Positions 10,417 through 19,159 of a DNA stretch of 64,000 nt are shown here, one piece after another (the stretch's first letter is position 1; every line of letters starts with the position of its first letter). This DNA is from Phycisphaerales bacterium (lineage in GTDB: Bacteria; Planctomycetota; Phycisphaerae; Phycisphaerales; UBA1924). Location: assembly GCA_965227775.1 (NCBI GenBank), contig OZ245777.1, positions 1,568,001-1,632,000 of the forward strand, written 5' to 3'. A program made the translations under genes and the position numbers. The notes beneath the pieces were generated by a model. That model was not told the origin of the DNA, made no database searches, and worked only from the letters and a program-made list of their open reading frames with translations.

Positions 10417-10462
10417 GGTCGTTCCTCTCGCCGGGGGCCTCGCTGGTGGTATCCTTGGGCCC

Positions 10463-11104
10463 ATGCGCACGCCGACGGCGATGATCCATGCACTGGCCTT
10501 CACACTCGCCGCTCTGGCGTGCGGTGGTGCCGCTTTGGCGCAGGACGAGGCCGCGAGCGACGAGCCGCTCCGCTTCGTGCACGACTCGGCCGGCGGCCTG
10601 TCATGCGACGACATCGACCAGAGCACCCTCTCCTACGGAGACGAGTGCTTTGATTCCTGGGTGGTGTCCTACTCGGCGGCCTACACAGGCGAGTCGCTCG
10701 ATCAGGGCATCACGCTCAGCTACAACCGCTTCCTGGTTGATGACATCGAGTGGTTCCTCGAGGGCGGGCTGTGGACGTTCTACGACCAGGGCGGCGACAA
10801 CGCGTTCGGCCTGAGCGCGAGCCTGGGCTTCCGATGGCACTTTGTCTCACGCGAACAATGGAGCCTGTTTGCCGACGTGGGCATCGGCGTGCTCGGCACG
10901 ACCGACCATGTGCCGCCCGAGGGCACGAGCTTCAACTTCATGCCCCGCGCTGGGCTGGGATTCACCCGCCAGCTCGATGAGAACGTCAGGCTCATGGGCG
11001 GGGTTCGTTGGCACCACATCTCGAACGGCCGAACACGAGGCGACAGCCGCAACCCGGCGCGCGATGCGCCCCAGCTCTATGTCGGCCTCGTGTTTCCGTT
11101 TTGA
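10463..11104 (+). CDS. Outer-membrane beta-barrel, lipid A 3-O-deacylase (PagL)/acyloxyacyl hydrolase family
   Basis: Signal peptide AALA-Q, TSFNFMPRAGLG, WHHISNG, NPARD, C-terminal Phe. Confidence 0.8.
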   Translation: MRTPTAMIHALAFTLAALACGGAALAQDEAASDEPLRFVHDSAGGLSCDDIDQSTLSYGDECFDSWVVSYSAAYTGESLDQGITLSYNRFLVDDIEWFLEGGLWTFYDQGGDNAFGLSASLGFRWHFVSREQWSLFADVGIGVLGTTDHVPPEGTSFNFMPRAGLGFTRQLDENVRLMGGVRWHHISNGRTRGDSRNPARDAPQLYVGLVFPF

Positions 11105-11105
11105 C

Positions 11106-12065
11106 TCAGCTTGCGGCTGCGAGCTTGGGGCCGCCCTTGGCAAGCGTTGTCAACATGACGCGATCGCGACCGGCTTCCTTGGCCTTGTAGAGCGTCGCAT
11201 CGGCGTGGGCCACCCATTGGTCGGGGGGCAAACCAGTTGCGCCCTCTGATCCCGCGATGCCGATCGACACCGTGATCCGGCGGTCGGGGTGGGCGGGCCA
11301 GTCGCGGTCCGCGATTGCCTCGCGAATGCGCTCGCAGAGGATTTTGGACTGATCAGGCGTGGTTTCGGGGAGGATGATCGCGAACTCTTCGCCACCGTAG
11401 CGGCACGGCACATCGGAGTTGCGTGCCGAGTTGTTGATGATCTCGGCGGCACCCTGCAATGCGGCGTCGCCGGCCGGATGGCCGTAGTTGTCGTTGATGC
11501 TCTTGAAGTGGTCAAGATCGAGCAAGGCCAGCGAGAGCGGGCGGTTGTTCCGCTCCGCCGAGCTGACGATCTGTGAGAGCCGCTCATCGAAGTGGCTGCG
11601 ATTCCAGAGTGCTGTCAGGCCGTCGAGCTGCGCACGCTCGCTCAGCATGCGAACCAGACGGTGGATTCGGAGCGATGACCGCAGCCGGGCGCGGAGCTCG
11701 GCTAGATCGAAGGGCTTCGTGATGTAGTCGATGGCCCCCAGCCCGAACGCCATGACCTTGTCCTGCGAGTCTTGTTGGCCGGACAGCACGATGACCGGCA
11801 CGTGAGCCGTTTCGTCCTTTGCGGAGAATTCTCGGAGCACTTCGAAGCCGTCCATGCTGGGCATGCTCAGGTCCAAAAGCACGGTGGCAACGTCGGTGGT
11901 GCACACCGCCTCCAACGCTTCGGCTCCCGAGTGGGCGTGACGGAGCTCGATGGTCTCGTCCCGCAGACGCGCCTTCAACAGGCGATGCACCAGCGGCGAG
12001 TCGTCTACGACGAGCACGATAGGCTTGGTGGCCGGTGCGGCAAGTTGTTCAGCGTTCTCGCTCAA
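11106..12065 (-). CDS. Response regulator diguanylate cyclase (REC-GGDEF)
   Basis: VVDD, LLDLSMP, YITKPF; DGLT, DLDHFKSINDNYGH, RNSD I-site, RYGGEEF; TTG start. Confidence 0.93.
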   Translation of the reverse strand: MSENAEQLAAPATKPIVLVVDDSPLVHRLLKARLRDETIELRHAHSGAEALEAVCTTDVATVLLDLSMPSMDGFEVLREFSAKDETAHVPVIVLSGQQDSQDKVMAFGLGAIDYITKPFDLAELRARLRSSLRIHRLVRMLSERAQLDGLTALWNRSHFDERLSQIVSSAERNNRPLSLALLDLDHFKSINDNYGHPAGDAALQGAAEIINNSARNSDVPCRYGGEEFAIILPETTPDQSKILCERIREAIADRDWPAHPDRRITVSIGIAGSEGATGLPPDQWVAHADATLYKAKEAGRDRVMLTTLAKGGPKLAAAS

Positions 12066-12094
12066 GGATGGCTCCTGCGCGTTTTCCGAGCCCG

Positions 12095-12445
12095 TTAGGC
12101 TGCGGTCTCGGTACTTGCCAGACGGACGCGATCACAGGCTTCGATCAAGGTCGCCGCGGCCGCATGAACCGCTGAGGGATCAGGGCTGCCAGACTCCTGG
12201 AGGTCTTTGAGTGCGTGCTCAGCTGCGGCTGCGATCACGCCGAGCGGTCCAAATCCGTAGCCGGCGGAGGCGCCCTTGAGCTGGTGAGCGATGCGAGCCG
12301 CTTCGGTGGCATCTCCCGCATCGACCGCACACACGAGGTCAGCCTTGCGATCGGGCATTTCAGCCACGAACACGGCCACGATCTCGCCCACGTCGGGGTC
12401 GTTTTCGTACACGCTGAACAGTGGCTCGGTGCTGGTACTGGCCAT
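12095..12445 (-). CDS. Stand-alone Hpt (histidine phosphotransfer) protein
   Basis: AHQLKGASAGYGF motif. Confidence 0.88.
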   Translation of the reverse strand: MASTSTEPLFSVYENDPDVGEIVAVFVAEMPDRKADLVCAVDAGDATEAARIAHQLKGASAGYGFGPLGVIAAAAEHALKDLQESGSPDPSAVHAAAATLIEACDRVRLASTETAA

Positions 12446-12545
12446 CTCTCTGCCTCCCTTGGCGTGGCAACACCAGGGTCATCGGCGGTTCCCAGTAGCG
12501 AGTTCAGGTCCGGTTCTCAATTCCGCGGATTTTGTCGCATTTGGC

Positions 12546-13880
12546 TTAGGTCGTTTCCCGCAAGAGGTGATCGCCTTCCCGCCCCCGCAGTGCCTGTAGA
12601 CCGATAAACAGGGCCGTGTTGGCGGTCCACCGGCGGATGGCCCCGCGATCGCCCGCGAACATGAATCGCTTGGCGATGGGCTTTCGGCCATCGGCCGCAC
12701 ACCCGATCCAGACGGTCCCGACGGGCTTCTCGGGCGTTCCGCCACCCGGTCCGGCCACGCCGGTGACTGACAGAGCCAGACCTGCCCTCGCTCGTTCCAG
12801 AGCACCCGCCGCCATCGCGACCGCCACTTCCTGGCTGACCGCGCCGTGACCTTCGATCAGCGCCGCAGGAACGCCGAGTTCGCGCTCCTTCATGGCATTG
12901 CTGTAGGTGACCCAACCCCCGGCGTACGCCTTGGAGCTGCCGGCCTGCCCAGTGATCAACTCGCTGATGAGGCCGCCCGTGCAGGACTCGGCGGTGGCGA
13001 TCATCACGCCGTGCTCGGTCGCAGCTTCCAGTAGGAACGCTTCGACTGGCTCCTCACGATGGCCAACGACGTACTGGCCCGACGCTTGCTCGATTGCGCC
13101 GATCGCCTCGCCAACGGCCGCCAGTGGTTCACGCGTCTGGTAAGGGCCTCGCACCGATTCGGATGGTTCGACTCGGACACGGCACGTCACCATGCCCGAT
13201 GAGGCCGTCGTCCCCACGGCTGGGTTGTTATCACGGTGCATGTAGTCGGCGATGCGGGTGGCGACCTCGCTCTCGCCCAGGCCGAACACCTGGACGACAC
13301 GCAACTCGGCGCTGGCGATGCCTGGGAGTGACTCCAAGACCGGTGATATGCGCGCATCGAACATTGGCCGCATCTCGCGCGGCGGGCCGGGTAGGCAGGC
13401 GATGATCCGAGCATGCGCCGCCGTGTCGTTCACATACAGCATCCCGGGAGCAGTGCCCTGATCGTTCGGTAGGCGGCGTGCTCCGGCTGGGCGGAGTGCC
13501 TGCACCCGATTCGATTCGGGCATCTCACGACCAGCGTTCTCGAATCGTGCTCGGATCTCGTCGATTGACTCGGCGTCTTCCACCAGCGGTTGCGAGTCGC
13601 CTGTCAGTCGCTCGAGGGCCGCAGCAAACGCTTCGCGCGTGAGATCATCGGCGGTGGGGCCAAGCCCGCCTCCTACGAGCACGACATCTACCTCAGCCGC
13701 CAATTTGCAGATGGTGTTGGTGAGCTGCTCGAGGTCGTCTGGAACGGTGCTGTGCTCCGCGACGCGCAGGCCCAGGCGGCCGAGCCGGTCGGCAAGCCAC
13801 ATCGAGTTGGTGTCGAGCTTCTCGCCGAGCACGAGTTCGTCGCCGACCGAGAGGATCGCAGCGCGGGGTCGTTTGGTCAT
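12546..13880 (-). CDS. cinA: CinA: molybdopterin-binding-like domain + PncC NMN deamidase
   Basis: SVGDELVLG, DTNS, GGLGPTADDLT, LPGPPREM, TAESCTGG, GAVSQEVAVAMA, TGVAGPGGG. Confidence 0.93.
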   Translation of the reverse strand: MTKRPRAAILSVGDELVLGEKLDTNSMWLADRLGRLGLRVAEHSTVPDDLEQLTNTICKLAAEVDVVLVGGGLGPTADDLTREAFAAALERLTGDSQPLVEDAESIDEIRARFENAGREMPESNRVQALRPAGARRLPNDQGTAPGMLYVNDTAAHARIIACLPGPPREMRPMFDARISPVLESLPGIASAELRVVQVFGLGESEVATRIADYMHRDNNPAVGTTASSGMVTCRVRVEPSESVRGPYQTREPLAAVGEAIGAIEQASGQYVVGHREEPVEAFLLEAATEHGVMIATAESCTGGLISELITGQAGSSKAYAGGWVTYSNAMKERELGVPAALIEGHGAVSQEVAVAMAAGALERARAGLALSVTGVAGPGGGTPEKPVGTVWIGCAADGRKPIAKRFMFAGDRGAIRRWTANTALFIGLQALRGREGDHLLRETT

Positions 13881-14001
13881 GAGACTGCACGCTAGCGACA
13901 CCGTTGACGCTGGGCGCAAGCAAAGCCGCATGCCGGCGGGAAGCCAGCATGCGGCCCTTGGTCACTGCTGAGCCAATCCTGCGGAGCAGGGAGGCCGTGG
14001 A

Positions 14002-14688
14002 TCAGAACACGCGGCGACGGCGGACGGCGGCCACGCCAAGGAGACCTGCCATCGCCAGGGCGCCAGCGCCGGGCAGTGGGATGGCGGTGATGTACAGGAT
14101 GCTCTGGCGGTTTGCGCCTGTGGAAATCTCCGTGAGATTCAGGACACGGACGCGGCCGACCGAAGCGGTGGTGCCCCACACAGAGTCGACGAGCGACTGT
14201 GCGGTGGCGCTCAGGAACGCAAACTGCGAGCTCGAAGCCGCGGCGGTCGCGGCTGCAAAGTCGACCGCTCCGAGTTCCTCCTCGAGGTACCAGAACGCGT
14301 CCTGAACCGCGTTGTTGAATTCGAGCTCGGTCATGGAGCCCATCGGTCCGATGGCACCCGAAACGATCTGGCGGTACAACTCGGCGGACTCGGCGCTCAG
14401 CGGGTCCGGAGTGCCTCCTCCGATGCCACCCGAGCGGGCCACGTCGCTGATTTCAAAGTTGTACGACGTCTCGGCAATTCCTTCGTTGAGTTCGAGGCAG
14501 AATGAAACGAAGTCGCCGAGCGAACCACTCACCAGAAACTCTCCGCCGCGCGAGTTCCCAGGCGAACTCGGAGATCCTGGCAGCGGGTCGTGGCTTCCGC
14601 CTTCGCCGAACGTAATCGTAACGGTGCTAGCCGTGGCTGCGGACGCAGCAATAGCGACAGCAATGCCGCTGGCGACAATCTTGAGCAT
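14002..14688 (-). CDS. Secreted protein with PEP-CTERM-like (IPLPG) sorting tail
   Basis: Signal peptide AASAATA; SFCLE motif; ends IPLPGAGALAMAGLLGVAAVRRRRVF; GGAGGGAG RBS. Confidence 0.88.
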   Translation of the reverse strand: MLKIVASGIAVAIAASAATASTVTITFGEGGSHDPLPGSPSSPGNSRGGEFLVSGSLGDFVSFCLELNEGIAETSYNFEISDVARSGGIGGGTPDPLSAESAELYRQIVSGAIGPMGSMTELEFNNAVQDAFWYLEEELGAVDFAAATAAASSSQFAFLSATAQSLVDSVWGTTASVGRVRVLNLTEISTGANRQSILYITAIPLPGAGALAMAGLLGVAAVRRRRVF

Positions 14689-14834
14689 TTGGATTCTCCC
14701 TCCGGACCCTTTCCGGCGCTCTCTTTTCTTCTTCTCTTTCTTCTTCGCATCTGTCCGGGGACTGGATGCACCAAACAATACCTCAGGAATTCGCCCCGGG
14801 ACAACCGCAAGTCTCGTATTTATAGATAATTATG

Positions 14835-14856
14835 TGTGAAGCTGAGATGCTTCACA
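14835..14856. promoter_or_regulatory. Perfect inverted repeat TGTGAAGC-N6-GCTTCACA (operator or hairpin)
   Basis: tgtgaagc tgagat gcttcaca beside the AT-rich tract tatttatagataattat, between the TPR gene and the PEP-CTERM-like gene. Confidence 0.55.
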
Positions 14857-14889
14857 GGGTGGTTGGTTTTTGTAGGGATTTGGGACGCG

Positions 14890-17800
14890 TTACCCGGCTC
14901 CGAGAAGTGACTGGAGCTCCGAATATCGCTTGGTATTGGTCTCGGTCCATCGATCGGTGGGCGAGATCAGCGAGAACTCTCTTCGAGCCTCATCAGTCCG
15001 ATTCAACGCCACGAGCGACTCGATTCGTCCAAGGCGAAGAGAGGGAGTGTCTTGGCTGGCCAATCCCTGGTCGAAGGCCTGGAGTGCCTCGGCTCCTTGT
15101 CCAGAAGCCAGAAGAGCGACGCCCAGCGTGTGACGAAACGTGGCGAGGTTCACAGGCGCCGTCGGCTGGGTCTCGGCCAGTTGAACTGCCTCACGCGCAA
15201 ACTCGATCGCCCGTTCGTGATCATCGAGAGATCGGGTTAAGAGCCAAGCCGCGTTGTTGATCAACGCGGGGATGCGTTCGCCGGCAATTCGCATCGCTTG
15301 TTCGTACTCGTTCACTGCGTCGGCCGGCTGCCCAGTTGCCTCGAGTGCCGTTGCGTAGACGGCGCGAAGCTGCCACGAGTCGATCGGCGTATCCAACGCC
15401 GGTTCGATGCAAGCGATCGCCTCGCGAGCGAACTGCTCATCACCACTGGCTGTGTGGAGGCTCATCCACGAAGAAGCGATGGCAACGACGCCGCTCTGGC
15501 TGTCCTTCAACTGGGGCGCCACACTCTCGAGCCACATCCGGCCCCGCGAGATGTTCTCGGCCGTGTTGGCCGCGATACCCGCGAGCGAGGCCTTCAACTG
15601 CGCCCAGCCGCCATCCGCGGCAACCAGTTGATCGAGTAGTGTTCCGGCTTCTTCCATCCGATCCTCGCGGGCAAGCGCTTCGGCCAGGCATTGCAGCGGC
15701 AGGGCGTTCTGCTGCCAAGCGCTGAGCATGCGCTCGGTCTGAGGCTGAAGAAGACTGATTGAACGCCCAAAGTTACTGCGATAGAACTCCGCGACTCCCA
15801 GCGAGATCTCAGCCCGGGCCTGCTCGTCAGACTCCGACGCGAGCGATCGCCAGCGGTCGGCCATGGCGGCCGCTTCTTCGAACCTGCTGTGCCTTAGCAA
15901 GACCTCGGTGGCATCGCGTGCGGGACGCGCGTCGTTCGGTAGCGCCGCTACAGCATCTCTGGCGCGTCTGATCGCAACGTCCGTCTGCCCGAGTTGCTCA
16001 TATGCACTCACAATCATGGGCCAGAGCGAGTAGAAGCTTGCACGCTCCTCGGACAGGCGATCCAGGCGGGCGACGGTCTGCGCGAGATCGATCTCTCCAC
16101 TCAGATAGGCCTTGGCCACTTCGCCGACCGCGAGATTGGCTTCCGGCGCGTTGGTGCGGTCGGCGGCCGACGCGGTTACTCGAGCCATCCGATCAAATGG
16201 GCTCATCTCGTCTGAGAGCGACTCTCGGAACGAAGCGAGTGCCGCGTTGCCTGGCAACTCTGCAATCGCTTGATCAAGGAGAGCCGAAGCCTCCTGAAAC
16301 TCACCCTTCTCAATGTGAAGCGTCGCAGCTTCTTGCCAGAAATCAGGGTCGCCTGAAGCTTGCGCCGCGAGAACGAGTTGCTCGATCGCCCTCTCGCCCT
16401 GACCGTGTTCGTTCAGGAACCGAGCGACCACCACCTCGCGCTTGCCAGCGTCTGACTCGGCCGGAAGTGCTTGAAGGCGTGACAACCCGTCGTCGACACG
16501 GCCGACGCGCGCGAGCAATCGTGCGGCATGAATCTCGTCCTCCGGATCAAGATCCGCCTCAAGCGCTGCAATCTCGTCATCGCGAAGCGGCGTTGAAGAG
16601 TCTGGGGGCCTCGATGCGACACCGGCGCGGAGAATGAACTCTGGTACTCCCGCGTCGGCCAATGCCGCAAGATCCCGAGAAGCCAGATCAAACAGCCCCT
16701 GCTGCGAGAGGAGTTGCCACCTTGCCTCTCGGATCCTCGGCTGCACGTCTCCAGCGTCAACAAACTGGCGCAACCTGGTGGCCGCCTCGTTCGACCTGCC
16801 GGTACGCTGCAGGCGGTCGATCAGTCGTGGGAGCGCGAGCAGCGGTTCGTCTCCATCCGCAGCGTTCTCCAACGCTTCGATCTCTGACTCAACAGGCCCC
16901 GTGCGTGCGAAGGCCTGGGCCGCTAGGAGTAACGCGCGCGTATCTCGCTTGCCGCGTTCGTTCTCAAAGACGACACTCAGGTAGCTTGCGGCCGTGCTTG
17001 CGGCCTCCACGGATGCATCTTGCTCGAGCAGCCGGCGTGCTTCAAATACGCGCCACTCGATGCCACTCTCGCCTTGAGCTTCTCGCAGCCGCGCGACTAC
17101 CTGGCCGGCACGGTCAAGATCGGTCCAGATCGTGGAGCCGCTTAGAATCTCGAGTTGCACCTGGCGACTCTCGGTGCTTGCAGAGGAGATCTGCTCGAGC
17201 GAATCGAGGCTTTGGTCATCCGAGATCGCGTTTGCCATCTGGATGCGTGCCAAACTCCATCGCACGTCAGCGGGGTCTTCCGCTTGCGCGAGTCGCTCGG
17301 TCATGAATGCTCGAGCAGCAGTCGGATCGCCAAGAACAGCAAGTCCGGCTGATGCCGCCGCCACCTGCAAAGGATCGGTTGCGGTTTCTGCGACTCGATC
17401 GACGATCGCTCGCGCGAGTGTCGCATCGATGGGTTGCAGCGCTGCCGCAAAACGCACGGCTGACGTTGCTGCCTGGGAGGCATCGACCTCGATGAGCCGT
17501 CGAGCAATGCCCTTGGCAGCTTCGTGATCACCTTGTGAGACCGTGAATCGCCCGGCCGCGGCCAGTGCGACGGGATTTTCCGGGGCGACGTCGAGCATCT
17601 CGTCGATCGCTTGGCCAAACTGCGAACCAGCGGTATCGGTTGTCTCGGCGAGGCGGGCAATGAGCTCGCCGTAGAGCTGGGCGCTCCCCGGCAACTCGAG
17701 TAGACGCTGGTCGCGCTGTAGCACCGCTCGAGCATCGAGGGAGCGGTCTTCGCTGATGAGCAGGCTCAAGAGGGCGAAGCGTGCCCGACGCCAACTGGGC

Positions 17801-19095
17801 TGCTGGCTCAGCCCCGCCAAACGATCGACTGCGCCGCGGGTGTCTCGTCGGTCAATGTCCCCGATCGCGTCGTAGTAGACCGCGACAGCATCGACACCGA
17901 TTGGGGAGTTGACGCCCAGCTCGTTGGCCAGAAGCGGCTGGTCATCGGTAGTCGTACCCGAGACGCGGCGTTGGGCGGCGTCCATCACCAGGCGCCAACG
18001 CTGGGCGCGATCGCGTGTCTCGGTCGTCACACTTGACTCGAACGCCTCACGAAGGGTTGCCACCTGCTCAGCGTAATCTGGACCGAGCTCGATGGCACCC
18101 AAGGCGCCCCAGGCGAACACCGCTTCACTCTCTGGTTCAGAGCCGATGGCACGCAAGGCGTGGTCTACGGCTGCCTGCGGATCCCGATCACGCCATGCGC
18201 GGCCCGCCGCGATCTCGCTCAGATACGGTGTCATCGAGTCATCTTCTAGCCACCGAAGCAGCCAGCCCTGCGACTGGATATAAAGATCCCAGTCTCCCGT
18301 TCGAGCGGCGACTTGTTCAACTGCTTGGAGCAGCATGCGTGCGCCGGAGCCCTCGGTCGGGCCCGACTCGGCGGCGTCGACGAGCAGTCGCAACGCTTCG
18401 GAAGTACGGCCGGCATCGAAGTCGACCGTTGCACGGAGTACGGCCAAGGACGTTGTGCCTGCGTGCTGCTGCGCGACCACATCCTCAAGATACTGCCGCT
18501 GCTCGCGGGCATTGCGTCCGATGCGCCGAAACACTCGCAACATCTCGAGATGGGATTCGATCGAGCCGCCTTGGGCATCGACAAACTCGGTCGCGGCAGC
18601 GAGCGCGTCGTCATTGGCGCCGCGCTGAAGATGTGCTTCAATCCGATGCGTTGCAAATCGGGCGTTGGTGGGGTCACGCTCAAGCAACGCTTCGGCTACT
18701 TCAGCGAGTTCTTGCCAATTCCCGAGTTGGCCATACAACTCAAGCAGGATCTCGCGCGCCGTGTCATTCTCTGGATCTAGCAGGACGGCCTGCTCGAGGT
18801 AGCTCTTGGCGGCGAAGAGATGCTTGGCGTTTGGTTCGATGAGGAACCGCTGTGAGTCGCCAAGGGCAGTCAATGCCTCGGCCTCTGGCCCCTTGATGCG
18901 AAGATGCGTGACCAGCTTGCGACGGGCGACCGGATAGTCGCCCTGTTCGTACGCCGCGAGCCCTTCAGCAAGTGAAGCTTCGGCCAATCGATCACGTTGG
19001 ACCTTGCGGACGGCCTGCCCGCCGACTCCCGCGGCGATGATCACACCGCCCACGATGCCCAACACGATGAGCCGTCGCTTCGTTCGCCGGTTCAT
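14890..19095 (-). CDS. Large (1401 aa) membrane-anchored TPR/solenoid protein of the exosortase-EPS locus
   Basis: N-terminal basic + TM segment; repeated TPR-like helices (LAAYEQGDYPVA, AVLLDPEN, LINNAAWLL, HTLGVALLASG). Confidence 0.85.
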   Translation of the reverse strand: MNRRTKRRLIVLGIVGGVIIAAGVGGQAVRKVQRDRLAEASLAEGLAAYEQGDYPVARRKLVTHLRIKGPEAEALTALGDSQRFLIEPNAKHLFAAKSYLEQAVLLDPENDTAREILLELYGQLGNWQELAEVAEALLERDPTNARFATHRIEAHLQRGANDDALAAATEFVDAQGGSIESHLEMLRVFRRIGRNAREQRQYLEDVVAQQHAGTTSLAVLRATVDFDAGRTSEALRLLVDAAESGPTEGSGARMLLQAVEQVAARTGDWDLYIQSQGWLLRWLEDDSMTPYLSEIAAGRAWRDRDPQAAVDHALRAIGSEPESEAVFAWGALGAIELGPDYAEQVATLREAFESSVTTETRDRAQRWRLVMDAAQRRVSGTTTDDQPLLANELGVNSPIGVDAVAVYYDAIGDIDRRDTRGAVDRLAGLSQQPSWRRARFALLSLLISEDRSLDARAVLQRDQRLLELPGSAQLYGELIARLAETTDTAGSQFGQAIDEMLDVAPENPVALAAAGRFTVSQGDHEAAKGIARRLIEVDASQAATSAVRFAAALQPIDATLARAIVDRVAETATDPLQVAAASAGLAVLGDPTAARAFMTERLAQAEDPADVRWSLARIQMANAISDDQSLDSLEQISSASTESRQVQLEILSGSTIWTDLDRAGQVVARLREAQGESGIEWRVFEARRLLEQDASVEAASTAASYLSVVFENERGKRDTRALLLAAQAFARTGPVESEIEALENAADGDEPLLALPRLIDRLQRTGRSNEAATRLRQFVDAGDVQPRIREARWQLLSQQGLFDLASRDLAALADAGVPEFILRAGVASRPPDSSTPLRDDEIAALEADLDPEDEIHAARLLARVGRVDDGLSRLQALPAESDAGKREVVVARFLNEHGQGERAIEQLVLAAQASGDPDFWQEAATLHIEKGEFQEASALLDQAIAELPGNAALASFRESLSDEMSPFDRMARVTASAADRTNAPEANLAVGEVAKAYLSGEIDLAQTVARLDRLSEERASFYSLWPMIVSAYEQLGQTDVAIRRARDAVAALPNDARPARDATEVLLRHSRFEEAAAMADRWRSLASESDEQARAEISLGVAEFYRSNFGRSISLLQPQTERMLSAWQQNALPLQCLAEALAREDRMEEAGTLLDQLVAADGGWAQLKASLAGIAANTAENISRGRMWLESVAPQLKDSQSGVVAIASSWMSLHTASGDEQFAREAIACIEPALDTPIDSWQLRAVYATALEATGQPADAVNEYEQAMRIAGERIPALINNAAWLLTRSLDDHERAIEFAREAVQLAETQPTAPVNLATFRHTLGVALLASGQGAEALQAFDQGLASQDTPSLRLGRIESLVALNRTDEARREFSLISPTDRWTETNTKRYSELQSLLGAG

Positions 19096-19159
19096 GATCT
19101 ATGTCGTCCTTTCGAAGAATCCTGCAGGAGCGTGGACAGTGCGCTTTCGAGGCTGTGCA

